A stretch of 64,000 nt of DNA from Octopus vulgaris. Its lineage: Eukaryota. A model generated the notes under the pieces. It was given only the letters and a program-made list of their open reading frames with translations, was not told the origin of the DNA and did no database searches. A program made the translations under genes and the position numbers. Location: positions 44,640,001-44,704,000 of the forward strand of contig OX597836.1 of assembly GCA_951406725.2 (NCBI GenBank). Reading direction: 5' to 3'. Positions 60,920 through 64,000 of this stretch are shown here, one piece after another. How positions within the stretch are numbered: the stretch's first letter is position 1; each line of letters starts with the position of its first letter.

Positions 60920-62122
60920 ACACAGAAGCTTGAGAGGCGGTTGGATGGAACTTACACTCGCCTCCTTATGAGAGCTCAAAATATGCCATGGAAGCATTAT
61001 CCAACCAAAGTACGAATATATGAGAAATTACCACCTGTGTCATCTCTTGTGAAAGGTAGGAGAGTCCAGTTTGCTGGACATTGTTGTAGAGCTGAAAACG
61101 AGGTAATTTCTACTCTTCTCCTCTGGAAGCCATCTGCTCGCGATACCAGAGGGCGCACACTCTCCTACACAGATGTAATCTCCAGGGATACAGGCATCCA
61201 GCAACAGACCTCCGTAATGCTATGATGGACCATGAAGTCTGGCGTAACATAGTAAATATGTCGTGGAAGTGTCATCCAATCAAAGTACGAATATATGAGA
61301 AATTACCACCTGTATCATCTCTTGTGAAAGGTAGAAGAGTCCAGTTTGCTGGACATTGTTGTAGAGCTGAAAACGAGGTAATTTCTACTCTTCTCCTCTG
61401 GAAGCCATCTGCTCGCGATACCAGAGGGCGCACACTCTCCTACACAGATGTAATCTCCAGGGATACAGGCATCCAGCAACAGACCTCCGTAATGCTATGA
61501 TGGACCATGAAGTCTGGCGTAACATAGTAAATATGTCGTGGAAGTGTCATCCAATCAAAGTACGAATATATGAGAAATTACCACCTGTATCATCTCTTGT
61601 GAAAGGTAGAAGAGTCCAGTTTGCTGGACATTGTTGTAGAGCTGAAAACGAGGTAATTTCTGCTCTTCTCCTCTGGAAGCCATCTGCTCATGATACCAGA
61701 GGGCGCACACTCTCCTACCCTGATGTAATCTCCAGGGATACAGGCATCCAGCAACAGACCTCCGTAATGCTATGATGGACCATGAAGTCTGGCGTAACAT
61801 AGTAAATATGTCGTGGAAGTGTCATCCAATCAAAGTACGAATATATGAGAAATTACCACCTGTATCATCTTTTTTGATAAAGGTAGAAGAGTCCAGTTTG
61901 CTGGACATTGTTGTAGAGCTGAAAACGAGGTAATTTCTGCTCTTCTCCTCTGGAAGCCATCTGCTCATGATACCAGAGGGCGCACACTCTCCTACCCTGA
62001 TGTAATCTCCAGGGATACAGGTGTCCAGCAACAGGACCTCCGTAATGCAATGATGGACCATCAGGTCTGGTGTAACATAGTAAATTCCATTGTCTCGACC
62101 ACGGTCGAACAATGATGATGAT
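60920..62122 (+). repeat. RTE/RTEX LINE 3' end amplified as a four-copy tandem array (275-bp period)
   Basis: Near-identical ORFs at 61222 and 61497; only the last unit has the native end and (GAT)n tail. Confidence 0.92.
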
Positions 62123-62360
62123 GTTAACACAATGTTTCAGCTGATATACCTTCCAGCCTTCTTCAGGTGTCTTGGAGAAATTTCGAACCTGGGTTCTCAT
62201 TCCAAAGGTATTTTCAATGTTGTTGTTATTATTATTATTGTTCAGGTCACTGCTTGGAACCGAACTATGGCATGGTGGTTAAGAGCATGGGCTACTAACC
62301 CCAAGATTCCAAGTTCGGTTCCAAGCAGTGACCTGAACAATAATAATAATATCGAAAATG
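62123..62360. mobile_element. tRNA-headed, hammerhead-bearing element in inverted arrangement
   Basis: tRNA-like head on + at ~62268-62330; 62228-62266 is the reverse complement of 62312-62350; the minus copy continues into the hammerhead. Confidence 0.65.
62126..62171 (-). ncRNA. Minimal type-I hammerhead motif (canonical CUGAAGA core, stem III apparently CpG-decayed)
   Basis: GACAC CTGAAGA A GGCTG gaaggtatat CAGCT GAAA CA TT GTGTT. Confidence 0.65.
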
Positions 62361-62711
62361 TCGCTGGTAAACTGGGAAACAAAATCGAGATGTTTCATTT
62401 CCCTCGGCGAATATTTTTCAAGCTTAGACCGTAAGGGGAATGTAAGGGGTTTATGGCCCATGTTGATGGTAAACTGTCTCCCTTCAAGGTAATGACGGAA
62501 GTGTTTTACTGCCAGGTAAATATACTCTTTTACTTGTTTCAGTCATTTGACTGCGGCCATGCTGGAGCACCGCCTTTAGTCGAGCAAATCAACCCCGGGA
62601 CTTATTCTTTGTAAGCCCAGTACTTATTCTATCGGTCTCTTTTGCCGAACCACTAAGTGACGGGGACGTAAACACACCAGCATCGGTTGTCAAGCAATGC
62701 TAGGGGGACAA

Positions 62712-62744
<33 letters not shown>

Positions 62745-62915
62745 CATATATACGACAGGCTTCTTTCAGTTTCTGTCTAACAGATCCACTCATAAGGCTT
62801 TGGTCGGCCTGAGGCTATAGTAGAAGACACTTGCCCAAGATGCCACGCAGTGGGACTGAACCCGGAACCATGTGGTTGGTAAACAAGCTACTTACCACAC
62901 AGCCGCTCCTGCGCC

Positions 62916-64000
62916 AATAATTCATGTCCAAAAGTGCTATAGTGGGTCTCGGCAGGTTACAGCTGCCGAGATAAAAATGCCAAAGGTTGCATATGTTCTT
63001 GATGGAACTGCTGTAACACAGCACCTACAGCTGTATTTGATGCGTCCACCATAAGCAAAAGCTTTGTGCCATAAACAGGGTGCACTAACAGTGAAGATTG
63101 TGCAAGTTCATGCTTTACCATTTGAAAGGCATCCATTTAGGAAGATGAAAGTGAAATAGCTTCATGTTTGTTCTTACGATTCTTTAAAAGCTCAGTAAGA
63201 GGAGCAAGATGCTCTGCACAGTGAGGGATAAATCGTCTCTAAAAGTTCAATAATCCCAGGAAATGATGAAGCTGCCGGAGCGAGGCAGGAGGAGGAAGTT
63301 CTTGGATAGCCCAGACTTTTCAGGAAGAGGCCTAATACCCACTTCATCGATGAGGTGGCCAAGGAAATCAAGTGAAGAGGATCCAAAAACACATTTAGCT
63401 GGATTTATTCTAACTCTGAATTGGGTCAGGTGCTGGAAAAGCAGCTTTAACCCTTTAGCATTTAAACCGGCCATATCCGGCCAAAAGTATTCTGCCTGTT
63501 CTATGTCCAAACTGGCCAGATCTGGTCTCTCACACCAGCCCTACAATATCGTTTTAAAAATTAACAGCTACCTCATCAAATTCTTATAGCTACAAGATAA
63601 TGCCTGATTAGTTCAAAACAATGTGGATGAAAAAGCATTAATTTTGGTAGAATAATGCGAACACTAAAGGGTTAAATGTTGTACGTGCTCGTCAGCACTA
63701 GAACTGGCAATCAACAGATCATCGATATAAGCACAGACGAAGTCCAGCCCACGAATGACCTCATCTATAAAGCGCTGGAATGTACTGGCAGCATTCTGTA
63801 GCCCGAACGGCATTGTCAGAAATTCAAAAACACCAAATGGTGTTGTCACAGCAGTTTTAGGGATGTATTAGGGATGTATCTGATGATAGGCCTGAACCAG
63901 ATCGAGCTTAGAGAAGACTGTACACCCCTGTAAGGATGAAGCAAAGTCCTGGAAATGAGGGATCGAATAATGATCATGCATATCCTTTTAGGGAGATTCA
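62916..64000 (-). mobile_element. Ty3/Gypsy pol relic (RT and RNase H), interrupted by a MITE; extends beyond the window
   Basis: TTPFGVFEFLTMPFGLQNAASTFQRFID...AYIDDLLIAS; INPAKCVFG..LDFLGH; MVDASNTAVGAVLQQ. Confidence 0.92.
63451..63671. mobile_element. piggyBac MITE family 1 inserted in the Gypsy RT
   Basis: TTAA TSD at 63447-63450 and 63672-63675; removal restores EHVQHLKLLFQHL in frame. Confidence 0.93.

Overview
AT-rich, repeat-dense eukaryotic genomic DNA. The SINE families look like those of octopus (Cephalopoda), which is an inference from recalled repeat sequences. The only host gene is the 3' portion of a + strand VPS11 orthologue (CORVET/HOPS class C core subunit). Eighteen internal exons from 1314 to 49742 splice by hand into one open frame of 1695 nt (565 codons) covering the clathrin-repeat/alpha-solenoid region, coiled coil, RING-H2 and VPS11_C tail; the terminal exon is uncertain (best candidate 50718-50750). 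Sixteen of the 17 introns between these exons are GT-AG. The other (33964-36247) is a U12-type minor-spliceosome intron with ATATCCTTT and TTCCTTAAC signals and rare AT-AA ends. The introns and 3' flank hold tRNA-derived SINEs, non-autonomous Helitrons, piggyBac/hAT/Merlin-like MITEs, a decayed Tc1 element, and CR1, RTE, R4/Dong, HERO, Penelope and Gypsy relics. At least nine fold-back elements are present. Several unrelated repeat families carry minimal type-I hammerhead ribozyme motifs with variant cores (G3:C8, U3, U6), and one is fused to a tRNA-derived Pol III head. Coordinates were read by eye: exon boundaries are frame-checked, repeat boundaries are approximate.
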